From a virus, in the IMG/VR virus record IMGVR_UViG_3300028197_000982, positions 1 through 64,000 of that record: a DNA stretch of 64,000 bases; one strand, given 5' to 3'. The position numbers were made by a program, and so were the translations under genes. The notes beneath the pieces are model-generated. The model searched no databases. It was not told the DNA's origin and was given only the letters and a program-made list of their open reading frames with translations. Positions within the stretch are counted from its first letter, which is position 1, and each line of letters opens with the position of its first letter. Positions 8,088 to 17,823 of the stretch are shown piece after piece.

Positions 8088-8678
8088 ATGGAACTATTTG
8101 AAAAGTATAAAAAATGGGGTAAAGACATAACTGTCTTTGACGTTGACGATACTTTGATTGTAACTAAAAGTAAGATTAAAGTTTTTAATCCTAAAACAGG
8201 ATATGAGATTGATCTTACACCACAAGAATTTAATACATTTAAAACTAAGCCTCATGACAAGTTTGATTTTAATGATTTCAGAGATTTAGAAATTCTTAAG
8301 GCTGGTAAAATAATTGATTGGGTTTTTAATATACTTAAGAGAACAATTTCAAAAGGAACTGCTGTAGGTATTATTACTGCAAGAGATGATTCAAAACTTA
8401 TCTATGATTTTTTAATGCATAATGGAGTTGATGTTAATCCTGATTTTATTTTTGCAATCAATGATCCTAACTTAGGATTTACTGGCTCTACTGCACAAAA
8501 GAAAAAAGATGCCTTTATGAAATTTGTACAAATGGGATTTAGAAATTTTAAATTCTTTGATGATGATAAAGAAAATATAAGAATTGCAAACAGTCTTAAT
8601 AAAGATTTACCTGAGGTAAAAATGAAGGCTACTTTAATAAAACAAAAATGGATTCCAAACTTCAGCGACTTCAGTTAA
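8088..8678 (+). CDS. HAD-superfamily phosphatase
   Basis: VFDVDDTL, IITAR, K, FFDDDKEN. Start at 8088 (MELFEKY) follows a late-type motif at 8075-8083. Confidence 0.8.
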   Translation: MELFEKYKKWGKDITVFDVDDTLIVTKSKIKVFNPKTGYEIDLTPQEFNTFKTKPHDKFDFNDFRDLEILKAGKIIDWVFNILKRTISKGTAVGIITARDDSKLIYDFLMHNGVDVNPDFIFAINDPNLGFTGSTAQKKKDAFMKFVQMGFRNFKFFDDDKENIRIANSLNKDLPEVKMKATLIKQKWIPNFSDFS

Positions 8679-9121
8679 AGCTAAACGCGTTTACTAACAT
8701 TTTATTAAGTATTAAGGATCTCTCTAATTCTTCTACTACTAAAGTTGGTTGTATGGCTCTAAAGAAAGACTTCAGTAAAATAGCAAGCTTTGGATATAAC
8801 GGTTCTTATAGTGGAGCTGAAACAAATAATAATACTGGAACTGAAGAAGATTCTTTAACACCAGGTGAAAGTGGTTTTATTCATGCTGAAGTAAATATGA
8901 TTGCAAAGTTTCAAGAATATGATCCTCAAAATTACATAATACTTTTAACATTATCACCTTGTAAAATGTGTACCAAGATCTTAGTTAATGCTGGATTTAA
9001 ACACGTTTACTGGATTGAAGATTATAGAGATACTAATCACCTTCAAATTTTTAATGAGTGCAATGTGACTCACGGTAAAATTTCTAACCTATTAAATGAC
9101 TACCACACAATAAAGAGCTGA
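8648..9121 (+). CDS. dCMP deaminase
   Basis: KVGC, GYNG, HAEVN, SPCKMC zinc motifs. Confidence 0.92.
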   Translation: MDSKLQRLQLKLNAFTNILLSIKDLSNSSTTKVGCMALKKDFSKIASFGYNGSYSGAETNNNTGTEEDSLTPGESGFIHAEVNMIAKFQEYDPQNYIILLTLSPCKMCTKILVNAGFKHVYWIEDYRDTNHLQIFNECNVTHGKISNLLNDYHTIKS

Positions 9122-9128
9122 ATATATA
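9120..9128 (+). promoter_or_regulatory. Late promoter-like motif GAATATATA
   Basis: Intergenic, upstream of ORF 9148. Confidence 0.6.
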
Positions 9129-9147
9129 CAAAAAATAGTATATCCTC

Positions 9148-9729
9148 TTGGTCATTGAAGCCTTAACATTTAAATTATCATTAGACTTTTTTGTTTATTT
9201 AAAAAAGTATAAAATTGCTGTGTCTAAAATTAGAATAGGATTTTATGACCAAGCTAGTCAAAAAACCGAATTTACGGATTTTGCTAGTATTGCAGAATTG
9301 GAATTATTTTACCAAACTAACTATGTACCATTTGATCCTTGTTTTGTTGGGGATCTTGCTTCAATAGAATTATTTCTAGGTGATAGTAAATTATATGAAT
9401 TTCTAACTGAGTACCGTGCTGAAGATTTAACAGGTAAATTTAGACTTACATCAGGTTCTTCTTTTGATAAGCAAAGAAATAAACAAAGGTCAGTGTTAGT
9501 AAATAGACAAGTAGGATTTATTAACAGGGCAGTTGAAGATTATCGTAAATACTGGAATGAACTTTATAGAATATATACAACAGGTATCTATTCGCCTTGT
9601 TATGCTATACCAGGTTGGTCTGAAGGTACATGGTACCTTAATCAACTTAGGGAAATATTTACATCTAGAAAAGACACTGATGAATTTCCGTATGATGATG
9701 CAAATATTATTAATGAACCACCGGAATAA
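9148..9729 (+). CDS. Hypothetical protein (probably late)
   Basis: TTG start after a late motif; fills the gap before the fibre gene. Confidence 0.65.
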   Translation: MVIEALTFKLSLDFFVYLKKYKIAVSKIRIGFYDQASQKTEFTDFASIAELELFYQTNYVPFDPCFVGDLASIELFLGDSKLYEFLTEYRAEDLTGKFRLTSGSSFDKQRNKQRSVLVNRQVGFINRAVEDYRKYWNELYRIYTTGIYSPCYAIPGWSEGTWYLNQLREIFTSRKDTDEFPYDDANIINEPPE

Positions 9730-9732
9730 ATA
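9724..9732 (+). promoter_or_regulatory. Late promoter-like motif GAATAAATA
   Basis: Upstream of the fibre gene at 9750. Confidence 0.65.
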
Positions 9733-9749
9733 AAAAAACATTAGATTAA

Positions 9750-12700
9750 ATGGCATTCAATCTGAAAGAATATATCATCTATAGAGAAGAAGTTAAAAGG
9801 GAACTTTTTAATGGTGAGGTAGACAGTAACTTTAAAGCAGTAGCTAACCCTTGGGTAGACAATAGAACTTATAACGAAGGGCATGTAGTATACCACCCAG
9901 TAGAAGTAATTGATGTTACTGGTGGAACTAGCGTTTCATCAGAAGCTTTAGCATGGTGGAGAGCAAACAAAAGAACTACGCAAGGTGTTTTTGAAACTAG
10001 TGAATGGGACTTAATCGGTGGAATTGGTACAGGTGATCTTACTGTTACAGGTTCAAATAGCTATGGTAAGATTATTGTAAATTATACAGGTGCTGCTAGT
10101 TATCAATCAAATAATGATTTTACATTATCATCTTCTATACCAAATGATACTTTTAGGTTTGTTGCAGGTGATGGTGTACAATTACAATATGACCCTAGTG
10201 TAAATGCTATTAAATTAATTAATACATCTGCAGGTGGAGAAATAAACCAAGGATCTAATATAGGTATTAGTGGAGAGAATGTATTTGCTGGTATGAATGG
10301 TACTACATTAACATTCAGAAGTATTGATGCATCTAACTCAACATCAGTTATAGGTAATGCATTATCTGCTGGTTTTAATTCAGCTAATCAGAGTGTTGTT
10401 ATTAATTTTGATTCTTCAAATGTTGATTTAGCAACTCTTAATACAAATGCACCTTTAATTAATATGTTATCCGATGTTAACGCGCCATCTCCTGCTGCAT
10501 CAGATTTTTTGCAGTGGAATGGGACTACGTGGGTAAACGTAAGTGCCGCCGCCGCTGGTTTATTAGGTGCACAAGGTGCAACTGGTATACAAGGACCAAC
10601 TGGTGTACAAGGATCTATTGGACTGCAAGGTATACAAGGAACTACTGGAGCCGACTCTCAGGTGGTCGGGCCACAAGGACCTACTGGTGTACAAGGATCT
10701 ACTGGACCACAAGGTATACAAGGAACTACTGGAGCCGACTCAATAATTCCTGGAGGACCTGGCCCCCAAGGTGCACAAGGTATAACTGGTGCTCAAGGTG
10801 TACAAGGTATAACTGGTGCTCAAGGTGTACAAGGATTAACAGGAATACAGGGTGCGGTTGGTGAAAGCGGTACCTTTGGTGGTGCAACTTTTGATTATGA
10901 ATTTAATACATCAACCTCTGTGGCTGATCCTGGCTTTAGTTATGTTTCTTTAAACCAAACCATACAGAATACATCAACTATTATGTTAATTAATGATGAT
11001 GGTGTTACTGGTTCTGATATATCAAATTTTTTACAGACTATTGCTGCGTCGGCATCGATACCAAAAGGTTATGTTAGAATAACAGCAAAAGCTGATGCTA
11101 ATGAATTTTTACTTTTTCAAATTTCAGACTTAACTGATGCAGGTGGATACTGGGATATTGATGTAGTACCACAAGCATCTACTGCATCGGCACCATTTAC
11201 AATGGATGAAGATGTATTAGTATCGTTTGTTGTTACAGGTGAAAAAGGTGCACAAGGTGAACAAGGAACTCAAGGAGAACAAGGCATTCAAGGTGAAACT
11301 GGAATTCAAGGTATTCAAGGTGAAACTGGAATTCAAGGAGAACAAGGAACACAAGGTGAAACTGGAACTCAAGGTATTCAAGGTATAACCGGTACAGGTA
11401 CACAAGGTATTCAAGGGGAGCAAGGAACTCAAGGTATCCAAGGTATAACTGGTGCAGGTACTCAAGGTATTCAAGGAGAACAAGGAACTCAAGGTGAAAC
11501 TGGAACTCAAGGTATTCAAGGTATAACTGGTATAGGAGCACAAGGAGAACAAGGAGCACAAGGAGAAACAGGTACAGGTACACAAGGTATTCAAGGTATA
11601 ACCGGTAGTACTGGTTCTGTTAGTGGTACCGTTGCATACGGTTCTATGTTGCTATCAACTGGTGCTGCTGCCTTAACAGTTACTAATTCTTATGTAGGTT
11701 TATTATTACCTACTGGTGAATTAAATCAAATGTCATTCATTAATTCAGGTGGAAGCCCACAAGGTAATGTACTAAGTATTAATGCTAATGAAGCTGGTAA
11801 TTATGAACTTAACTTTAGTCTTAGTGGAACAACATCAACAAATGATGATATTTTTACCGAAGTATTTGTTAATGGTAGTCCGTATAATGGAAGTGGTGTT
11901 ACCGAGGTACGAACAAGCTTCACTGGAACTCTTTTTAATAGCATGTCTACTGTAGACATATTAGATCTTAATGGTGGTGATCAAGTTGAAGTAAGAATTA
12001 AGTGTTCAACTGCTAGTATAAATTTAACGCCATCTAATATTTCACTTACATTAGTTAAACTTGTAGGTAATGGTGTACAAGGTATTCAAGGTAATACCGG
12101 TGTACAAGGTACTACTGGTGCAGGTACACAAGGTACTCAAGGTATAACCGGTACACAGGGTGAAACTGGAACTCAAGGTGAAACTGGTACAGCTACACAA
12201 GGAACAACTGGTACCCAAGGAATAACTGGAAGTCAAGGTACTACTGGGACTCAAGGTACTAATGGTACCCAAGGAACAACTGGAAGTCAAGGAATAACTG
12301 GAAGTCAAGGAACAACTGGTACTCAAGGAACAACTGGTACCCAAGGAATAACTGGAACTCAAGGAGAACAAGGAACTCAAGGAAATCCTGGAACAACAGG
12401 AACTCAAGGTTTAAAAGGTATTCAAGGTATTCAAGGTATTCAAGGTATAACTGGTTCTCAAGGAGTAACTGGAACAGGTACACAAGGATCTACTGGTTCA
12501 CAAGGAGCAACTGGAACAGGTACACAAGGATCTACTGGTTCACAAGGAGCAACTGGAACAGGTACACAAGGATCTACCGGTGCTCAAGGAATAACGGGTG
12601 CACAAGGAACCTCTGGTAGTAGTGGTGGCTCGTTCGAAGTTCCACTTATGGAAACTAGTTATCAAATAGGCCGTAATATTTTGCCTGTAAGTGCAAATTC

Positions 12701-13214
12701 ATATTATGTTGGTGATCTAAACGGCTGGGATTCAAAGAGTTGGACTAATCAGTCTACTCATTTTATAGTAGGTACTACCCTAGGAAATGAAGCTATGAAT
12801 TGCGGCATACCTTTAGTTTATGATATAGTTAAAGGCGTTAGTCAAATAAGAGTAAGATTTACTTATTTTGCTGAGTTTAGTGCGGCCGCGCAAACCGTAC
12901 CGCAAATTATATTAAGACCTTATAAGTGGACCTGTGGTGGGTTTAATGGTGGGCAAGATTTGCAAATGGTTTCAGTAGGTGGCGAGCAATCTCTTACCTT
13001 AACTAATATCGGTAATAATTTCTGGTATGGCTGTGGAGACTTCACTTATCCAATTACCGAAGCAAATGGTGGTGGGCTTTTAGCCGCGGCTACTGGAGAG
13101 GCAGAGCCTGATAGATTATTTTTTGGATGGCGAGCTAATTCACTACAAGCAGTTACACACGCTCAGGGTGGTCAGATTAGTATAAAGTCTTGGGTTGAAT
13201 CTTCAGTAATATAA
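9750..13214 (+). CDS. Collagen-like fibre protein with globular domains
   Basis: Three G-X-Y blocks rich in QG/TG. N-terminal CBM5/12-like W..Y..G..V...W segment and BclA/C1q-like beta domains between the blocks. Confidence 0.85.
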   Translation: MAFNLKEYIIYREEVKRELFNGEVDSNFKAVANPWVDNRTYNEGHVVYHPVEVIDVTGGTSVSSEALAWWRANKRTTQGVFETSEWDLIGGIGTGDLTVTGSNSYGKIIVNYTGAASYQSNNDFTLSSSIPNDTFRFVAGDGVQLQYDPSVNAIKLINTSAGGEINQGSNIGISGENVFAGMNGTTLTFRSIDASNSTSVIGNALSAGFNSANQSVVINFDSSNVDLATLNTNAPLINMLSDVNAPSPAASDFLQWNGTTWVNVSAAAAGLLGAQGATGIQGPTGVQGSIGLQGIQGTTGADSQVVGPQGPTGVQGSTGPQGIQGTTGADSIIPGGPGPQGAQGITGAQGVQGITGAQGVQGLTGIQGAVGESGTFGGATFDYEFNTSTSVADPGFSYVSLNQTIQNTSTIMLINDDGVTGSDISNFLQTIAASASIPKGYVRITAKADANEFLLFQISDLTDAGGYWDIDVVPQASTASAPFTMDEDVLVSFVVTGEKGAQGEQGTQGEQGIQGETGIQGIQGETGIQGEQGTQGETGTQGIQGITGTGTQGIQGEQGTQGIQGITGAGTQGIQGEQGTQGETGTQGIQGITGIGAQGEQGAQGETGTGTQGIQGITGSTGSVSGTVAYGSMLLSTGAAALTVTNSYVGLLLPTGELNQMSFINSGGSPQGNVLSINANEAGNYELNFSLSGTTSTNDDIFTEVFVNGSPYNGSGVTEVRTSFTGTLFNSMSTVDILDLNGGDQVEVRIKCSTASINLTPSNISLTLVKLVGNGVQGIQGNTGVQGTTGAGTQGTQGITGTQGETGTQGETGTATQGTTGTQGITGSQGTTGTQGTNGTQGTTGSQGITGSQGTTGTQGTTGTQGITGTQGEQGTQGNPGTTGTQGLKGIQGIQGIQGITGSQGVTGTGTQGSTGSQGATGTGTQGSTGSQGATGTGTQGSTGAQGITGAQGTSGSSGGSFEVPLMETSYQIGRNILPVSANSYYVGDLNGWDSKSWTNQSTHFIVGTTLGNEAMNCGIPLVYDIVKGVSQIRVRFTYFAEFSAAAQTVPQIILRPYKWTCGGFNGGQDLQMVSVGGEQSLTLTNIGNNFWYGCGDFTYPITEANGGGLLAAATGEAEPDRLFFGWRANSLQAVTHAQGGQISIKSWVESSVI
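10590..10741 (+). repeat. 84-bp-period duplication in the collagen block
   Basis: CAAGGACC(A/T)ACTGGTGTACAAGGATCTA...GGAGCCGACTC at 10590 and 10674. Confidence 0.8.
12467..12577 (+). repeat. 42-bp tandem repeat (about 2.6 copies) in the collagen block
   Basis: AACTGGAACAGGTACACAAGGATCTACTGGTTCACAAGGAGC at 12467 and 12509, partial copy at 12551. Confidence 0.85.
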
Positions 13215-13239
13215 ACAATTTACTTTTTTTGCATATAAT
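13212..13239 (+). promoter_or_regulatory. Class M promoter-like motif TAAAC-N17-TATAAT
   Basis: Between the fibre gene and ORF 13248. Confidence 0.6.
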
Positions 13240-13247
13240 AATTATAA

Positions 13248-13778
13248 ATGGATAATAGTATGGAAAATACAGAAGAAGTAAAACTTCAGTGGATTAAGGG
13301 CGATAAGTTTGGTAATGTAGAAATTGTTAATGGTACACAAGATCAATGGACCACGTTTAAGAGTGGTGGTAGAATAGCAACAAATTTAATATCTGAATTC
13401 TTAGAACCAGTTGTTGGGAATGCATTAGATTTAAATCCACCACAAACAATAAAAGATCCTCATAAGCTAGATAATCAAGATTTAGAAGGAACTGACATGA
13501 AATGGGTAACTAAAAAAGCTACATCAGAAACCATATCACCTATTAGAACTCTTTTTGATAAACAGAAAAAAAATGATAAAGTAAAACTTAATCTTTCCTT
13601 TCCAATTGAAGTTCTTAATAAAGCTATATATGAAATTATAAGTTCTTCATTTGATGCGGATGAAGTTAACGATGAATTAGAATCTTTTATTAAAGATCAA
13701 ATATCTGAAGACTTAATTTTAGATAGTCTTTTTGATAGCATTAGAGAATTAATTAAAACTAGATATAAAATTGACTAA
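13248..13778 (+). CDS. Hypothetical protein
   Basis: Intact ORF downstream of a promoter motif. Confidence 0.75.
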   Translation: MDNSMENTEEVKLQWIKGDKFGNVEIVNGTQDQWTTFKSGGRIATNLISEFLEPVVGNALDLNPPQTIKDPHKLDNQDLEGTDMKWVTKKATSETISPIRTLFDKQKKNDKVKLNLSFPIEVLNKAIYEIISSSFDADEVNDELESFIKDQISEDLILDSLFDSIRELIKTRYKID

Positions 13779-13814
13779 GCAATTTAAGCTATAATATATA
13801 ATAAAATCAATCAT

Positions 13815-14189
13815 ATGACACAAGCACCAAATAGAAGACAGAGAAGATTAGCAATGAAGTATCAAGGACTTCTTAAAGCAAAGAGTAAATTACCATTTCA
13901 TAAGTGGATGGAAATTACTAAAGAGAATATAGAAAGAGGGAAAGAATTACATGCTGCTAATACTGATGCGGTTGAAAAATCAATAGCCGAAAGATTAGAG
14001 AGTATTGAAGAAAGACAAATAATAGCTTGGCGAGAAGTAGGATATAATGAAAATGAGATTAAGTTACTGAGAGAGGCTAATGCAATATTAATGGTTAAGG
14101 ATAAAGAGACTTGGCAGTCTGATAAAAAAGACGCTAGAAAAATGATGAGGGATGCAAGAGAATCTTTAAATAAAAGACTTAATGATTAA
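13815..14189 (+). CDS. Hypothetical basic helical protein
   Basis: Begins with an NRRQRR motif. Confidence 0.75.
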   Translation: MTQAPNRRQRRLAMKYQGLLKAKSKLPFHKWMEITKENIERGKELHAANTDAVEKSIAERLESIEERQIIAWREVGYNENEIKLLREANAILMVKDKETWQSDKKDARKMMRDARESLNKRLND

Positions 14190-14511
14190 AATTGTTTTAG
14201 AGCCTGCAAGAAATGGCGTTATCAAAAGAGTGATTGATGATAATCACGGAGGAGGAAAAGAACAATGGACTTCAACAGATGTTTTTGAATCTAATGATAG
14301 TAATAGAAACAAATATGAATACATAATGAAATTCTTTTTTGAACTATGTGAAGACTTAGGGTTGGAATGTGGTAACAAATTTGAAAAAGATGTATTAAGA
14401 ATTAAGACAGAGTGGGGAACTCACTATGAGCCTAACAAGAAGGACGTAGAAAGCAAAATAAAAGAACTCCAGGCGGAGATCGATTTATTAACTGAATGGA
14501 AACAAGCATAG
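14182..14511 (+). CDS. Hypothetical protein with C-terminal coiled coil
   Basis: Overlap-coupled ORF. Confidence 0.75.
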   Translation: MIKIVLEPARNGVIKRVIDDNHGGGKEQWTSTDVFESNDSNRNKYEYIMKFFFELCEDLGLECGNKFEKDVLRIKTEWGTHYEPNKKDVESKIKELQAEIDLLTEWKQA

Positions 14512-14885
14512 AATTTAATTTCATATATTCAAAAGATGCCATAAAGGTAAAATCTTATTTAGGTACTGTACCAAGAAATATTGAATGTATCAATTACATG
14601 GATATTTTTAATAAGTTAACTAAGAATGACTTTTATCAATTTGAACCATCTGATGCTGTAGTGTCTTCTTACTTAATGAAACAATTACAAACCGTATTAG
14701 ATAGGTCTACAACTACATCTATATTTTATGTTCTAGGTAATCTTAATGAGCATACAGTTAAAGGTATTAAAAGATATGTAGAATCTTTAACTACCAAAGA
14801 AATTGAATATAACATATATCATTCACCAGACATAAATGTAAACGGTAGTGCTAAGCTATTTGAAAATGTCGTGGAATTTGAATGA
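14496..14885 (+). CDS. Hypothetical protein (possibly a degenerate NMP-kinase-like alpha/beta fold)
   Basis: Strand/helix order resembles P-loop kinases, but no Walker A motif. Confidence 0.6.
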   Translation: METSIEFNFIYSKDAIKVKSYLGTVPRNIECINYMDIFNKLTKNDFYQFEPSDAVVSSYLMKQLQTVLDRSTTTSIFYVLGNLNEHTVKGIKRYVESLTTKEIEYNIYHSPDINVNGSAKLFENVVEFE

Positions 14886-15445
14886 AAGCACACAGAATAT
14901 TTACTAAAGGCCAAACTGTTTATTGCTTGCTATCTTCTTTTAGTAAGCCTAATGTTTTGTTGCCTATAAAAGGTTTAATAGTTGATACTCAATGGGATCC
15001 TATTAACCCTCTATATCAAATTCGTATTATTAAGATGTATGATAATATGAAGTACCTTAAGTCTCATTTTTTTGATATGAATTTTAAATATGAGTTTAAT
15101 AATAGAGCTAGAAAAATGCCTATTAAAAAGGAAGACTTTAAAAATGTAAAATCATTAGAAGATAGATTTGATGAAAGTGATAGAGAACGGTTATATGTAA
15201 TAGTTGAATCGGTTATGTGTAAGAAGACGAAAAATGATTTACAAGGGTTGTTTGAAAAAGTTCAGTTTTATATAATATCAAAAAACCTAAAAGAAGTACG
15301 GGACATATCATCCAGGCCTTTTTTTAAAGGTTCTCTTTCAACTGATAGTTCATATGAGTTTGATGCTAGGTTTAAAAAAGGTTGGACTGATAAGTTTAAA
15401 AAAGGAGATATTGACATTGATAAGTATCTCAACAGCTTAAGCTGA
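14882..15445 (+). CDS. Hypothetical protein (SH3-like N-terminus)
   Basis: FTKGQTVYCL...KGLIVD...YQIRI pattern. Confidence 0.65.
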   Translation: MKAHRIFTKGQTVYCLLSSFSKPNVLLPIKGLIVDTQWDPINPLYQIRIIKMYDNMKYLKSHFFDMNFKYEFNNRARKMPIKKEDFKNVKSLEDRFDESDRERLYVIVESVMCKKTKNDLQGLFEKVQFYIISKNLKEVRDISSRPFFKGSLSTDSSYEFDARFKKGWTDKFKKGDIDIDKYLNSLS

Positions 15446-15452
15446 ATATATA
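15444..15452 (+). promoter_or_regulatory. Late promoter-like motif GAATATATA
   Basis: At the start of the baseplate cluster. Confidence 0.65.
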
Positions 15453-15471
15453 CTAAAAATAGACTCTCTAT

Positions 15472-17265
15472 ATGGCATTCAATGATACAATAGGAAAACT
15501 TAACGATGCACTATTTCCAACTAACCCAAGTAAAGAAACTGCTAACCGATTAGGTGTATTTGGTGGGGAATCATTTGGATTTGCTCATGGAGTAGATACT
15601 ATGTTTGCAAAAAACTTTTATGTAGATAAAGCTGTCCCAGATGAATTTGGTGTTGCGGTTGGAATGAATGCACCAGTACCTAGATCTATTTTTAATAAGT
15701 ATGCTCTATTTAATTTTAGAGGATTATATGGTGGGCTAACCGGTGGCGAGGTTTTTAATGACTTTCATGATAAACCTAATAATCCAACAATGGGTGGTGA
15801 TGCATCCAGGAATGTTTCTATTGCTAAACTTATAGAATACTTTAGTACTAATTATCCTAGAATTGGTTATAGCGCACAAGATTTTTTATATTGTAAATAC
15901 TATAAACAAATTCCTGTTAATCATCTTATTACATTAAGAAGGTTCCCAACACCAGTAAATGATAACATATTTGATTTAACAGCAACACCAGGCTCTAAAG
16001 ATCCTAAGACACCAACACCAAAAGAATCCGTTGATGCTACACAAACTGCAGGTGTTACCGCAGTAACTTATATGGGTGAAAAGACAGGTAACAAATTAGA
16101 TGATTTATTAACAATGTCTTATGGGTTAAATTATAAGGAAGTTAAATCTGAAATGGAAGATATTAGTAGTGGTGACGGTGGTTATACATCCCAGCCTTTT
16201 TATTCTAAAATGAATGGTGTTGGTAAAGCTGGATTTGATGCAATGAAAGGTATCAGTTCAAGACAAAAGTTTGCCGCTCAAAATATGTCTACTGGTGATA
16301 AGCTAGGTACAACTTATGCTAATTTTGTAATAGGACCTGTTAATGTTATTGATTCTACACAGATTAGAGAGCGTGGTATGAAATTTTCAAATGACTTAAA
16401 GCTTAATTTTGAATATGAATTAAAATCTCTCAGTTATGTTAATCCTAAAATTGCAATGATTGACATTATTAGTAATATGTTAACTATGACTTATAATAAT
16501 GGTCAGTTCTTTGGCGGTGGTCAAAGATATTATGGTGGAGCTGGAGCGGTTGCTAGCCAATTTGGAGATATTAATAAATTAAAACAAGGAGACTTTAGTG
16601 GATATATTGGAAGTGTAGTTACTGATGTTGAAACTGGATTTAAGAATGTATTCGGTGGAGGTACTGGTGAATTTAATTTAGAAAATGGAATAGAAGGTTT
16701 ACTTAAGGTTGGTAAAACTATGCTAGGTAATATGCTAGGTGGATTTTTAAGTGATAATGTTGGAGCGGTTTCTGGTACACAAGCGTCTAAGGCATTAATT
16801 AGTGGTGAACCTACTGGTGACTGGCATGTAACTGTAGGTAATCCATTAAATCCAATTGTAACAATGGGTAATATGTATTGTGATAATTCAACTATGACTT
16901 TAGGACATGGTTTAGGGTATGATGATTTTCCTATGGAAGTTAAATTTGAAATAGATCTTAAACACGGTAAGCCTAGAGATAAAGGTGATATAGAAAATAT
17001 GTTTAATGCAGGTCGTGGTAGAATTTATGCATCTGCTCAAGGTGAAGAAGATATTTTAAATTTAGCTGGTAAAGATGTTGCTACTTATGGTTCTGTGAAG
17101 GCTGGTAATTTCACAAAAGGTTTATCATCAACACAAGGCACACCAGCATCAGATGTTAAAAACGAAAAAATAAGTAACGTGAAGAAACAATCAACTGCAA
17201 ATATATTTACTGATGATGATGCTGCATATGCATCTAATGCGGTGAGTATGTTTATTGATTCATAA
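15472..17265 (+). CDS. Putative baseplate / tail-tube initiator protein (gp48/gp54-like)
   Basis: Lies before the gp53-like gene; tube-like C-terminus (YCDNSTMTLG...DDFPMEVKFEIDLKH). Confidence 0.5.
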   Translation: MAFNDTIGKLNDALFPTNPSKETANRLGVFGGESFGFAHGVDTMFAKNFYVDKAVPDEFGVAVGMNAPVPRSIFNKYALFNFRGLYGGLTGGEVFNDFHDKPNNPTMGGDASRNVSIAKLIEYFSTNYPRIGYSAQDFLYCKYYKQIPVNHLITLRRFPTPVNDNIFDLTATPGSKDPKTPTPKESVDATQTAGVTAVTYMGEKTGNKLDDLLTMSYGLNYKEVKSEMEDISSGDGGYTSQPFYSKMNGVGKAGFDAMKGISSRQKFAAQNMSTGDKLGTTYANFVIGPVNVIDSTQIRERGMKFSNDLKLNFEYELKSLSYVNPKIAMIDIISNMLTMTYNNGQFFGGGQRYYGGAGAVASQFGDINKLKQGDFSGYIGSVVTDVETGFKNVFGGGTGEFNLENGIEGLLKVGKTMLGNMLGGFLSDNVGAVSGTQASKALISGEPTGDWHVTVGNPLNPIVTMGNMYCDNSTMTLGHGLGYDDFPMEVKFEIDLKHGKPRDKGDIENMFNAGRGRIYASAQGEEDILNLAGKDVATYGSVKAGNFTKGLSSTQGTPASDVKNEKISNVKKQSTANIFTDDDAAYASNAVSMFIDS

Positions 17266-17279
17266 TATAATAATAAGGT

Positions 17280-17822
17280 ATGGATGTAAAATCATTAACA
17301 TTAAAGAATAAATTAATTATTGATAAAACTGGTGAGGGTTATTGGGATCTTAATGCTCCTTCATTTATTTATGATTCGGATTTAGGAGTTAAGGCATTAC
17401 ATTATGTTATGCAAGATCAGGTTGGGCGTATAGATAAAATATCATTTAAATATTTCGGAAGTGGTGAATTCATAGATGCTATTTGTGTTGTTAATAATAT
17501 CTTCAATCCATTTAGTGTTAGTGAAGGCGATATCTTGGTTATACCTAATTTATCTAGAAAAGATCTAGTTTATAAAAGACCTAATCCTGCGACAAGACCT
17601 AACGATGTTCAAGAAGCGTATGTAGATACTGGAAGACAGAGTGAAAAAGATCAATCAAGAATCCAGAGGTTAATACAAAAAGCTAAAACAAAAGAATCTG
17701 GTGTAAAACAGCCAATGCCTCCTAATATGTTACAGCCTGGACAAGAGGCTAAAACCTTTAGTGGTGGTAAAATACAATTAGGAACTAACTTACCAAGTAG
17801 AAATACTAAACAATCGAATTAA
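17280..17822 (+). CDS. gp53: Baseplate wedge protein, gp53/LysM-like
   Basis: GRIDKISFKYFG...ICVVNNIFNPFSVSEGDILVIP. Confidence 0.8.
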   Translation: MDVKSLTLKNKLIIDKTGEGYWDLNAPSFIYDSDLGVKALHYVMQDQVGRIDKISFKYFGSGEFIDAICVVNNIFNPFSVSEGDILVIPNLSRKDLVYKRPNPATRPNDVQEAYVDTGRQSEKDQSRIQRLIQKAKTKESGVKQPMPPNMLQPGQEAKTFSGGKIQLGTNLPSRNTKQSN

Positions 17823-17823
17823 T

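Noticed and set aside
10514-12483. Overlapping ORFs 10514..10864, 11217..11594, 11233..11583, 12051..12407 and 12259..12483
   Set aside because: They are shadow frames of the collagen repeat, with low-complexity translations.
11240-12610. Repeat arrays as a CRISPR array or DGR template/variable repeat
   Set aside because: The repeats are in-frame G-X-Y codons with no unique spacers and no adenine-specific mismatch pattern. No cas or reverse transcriptase gene is in the window.
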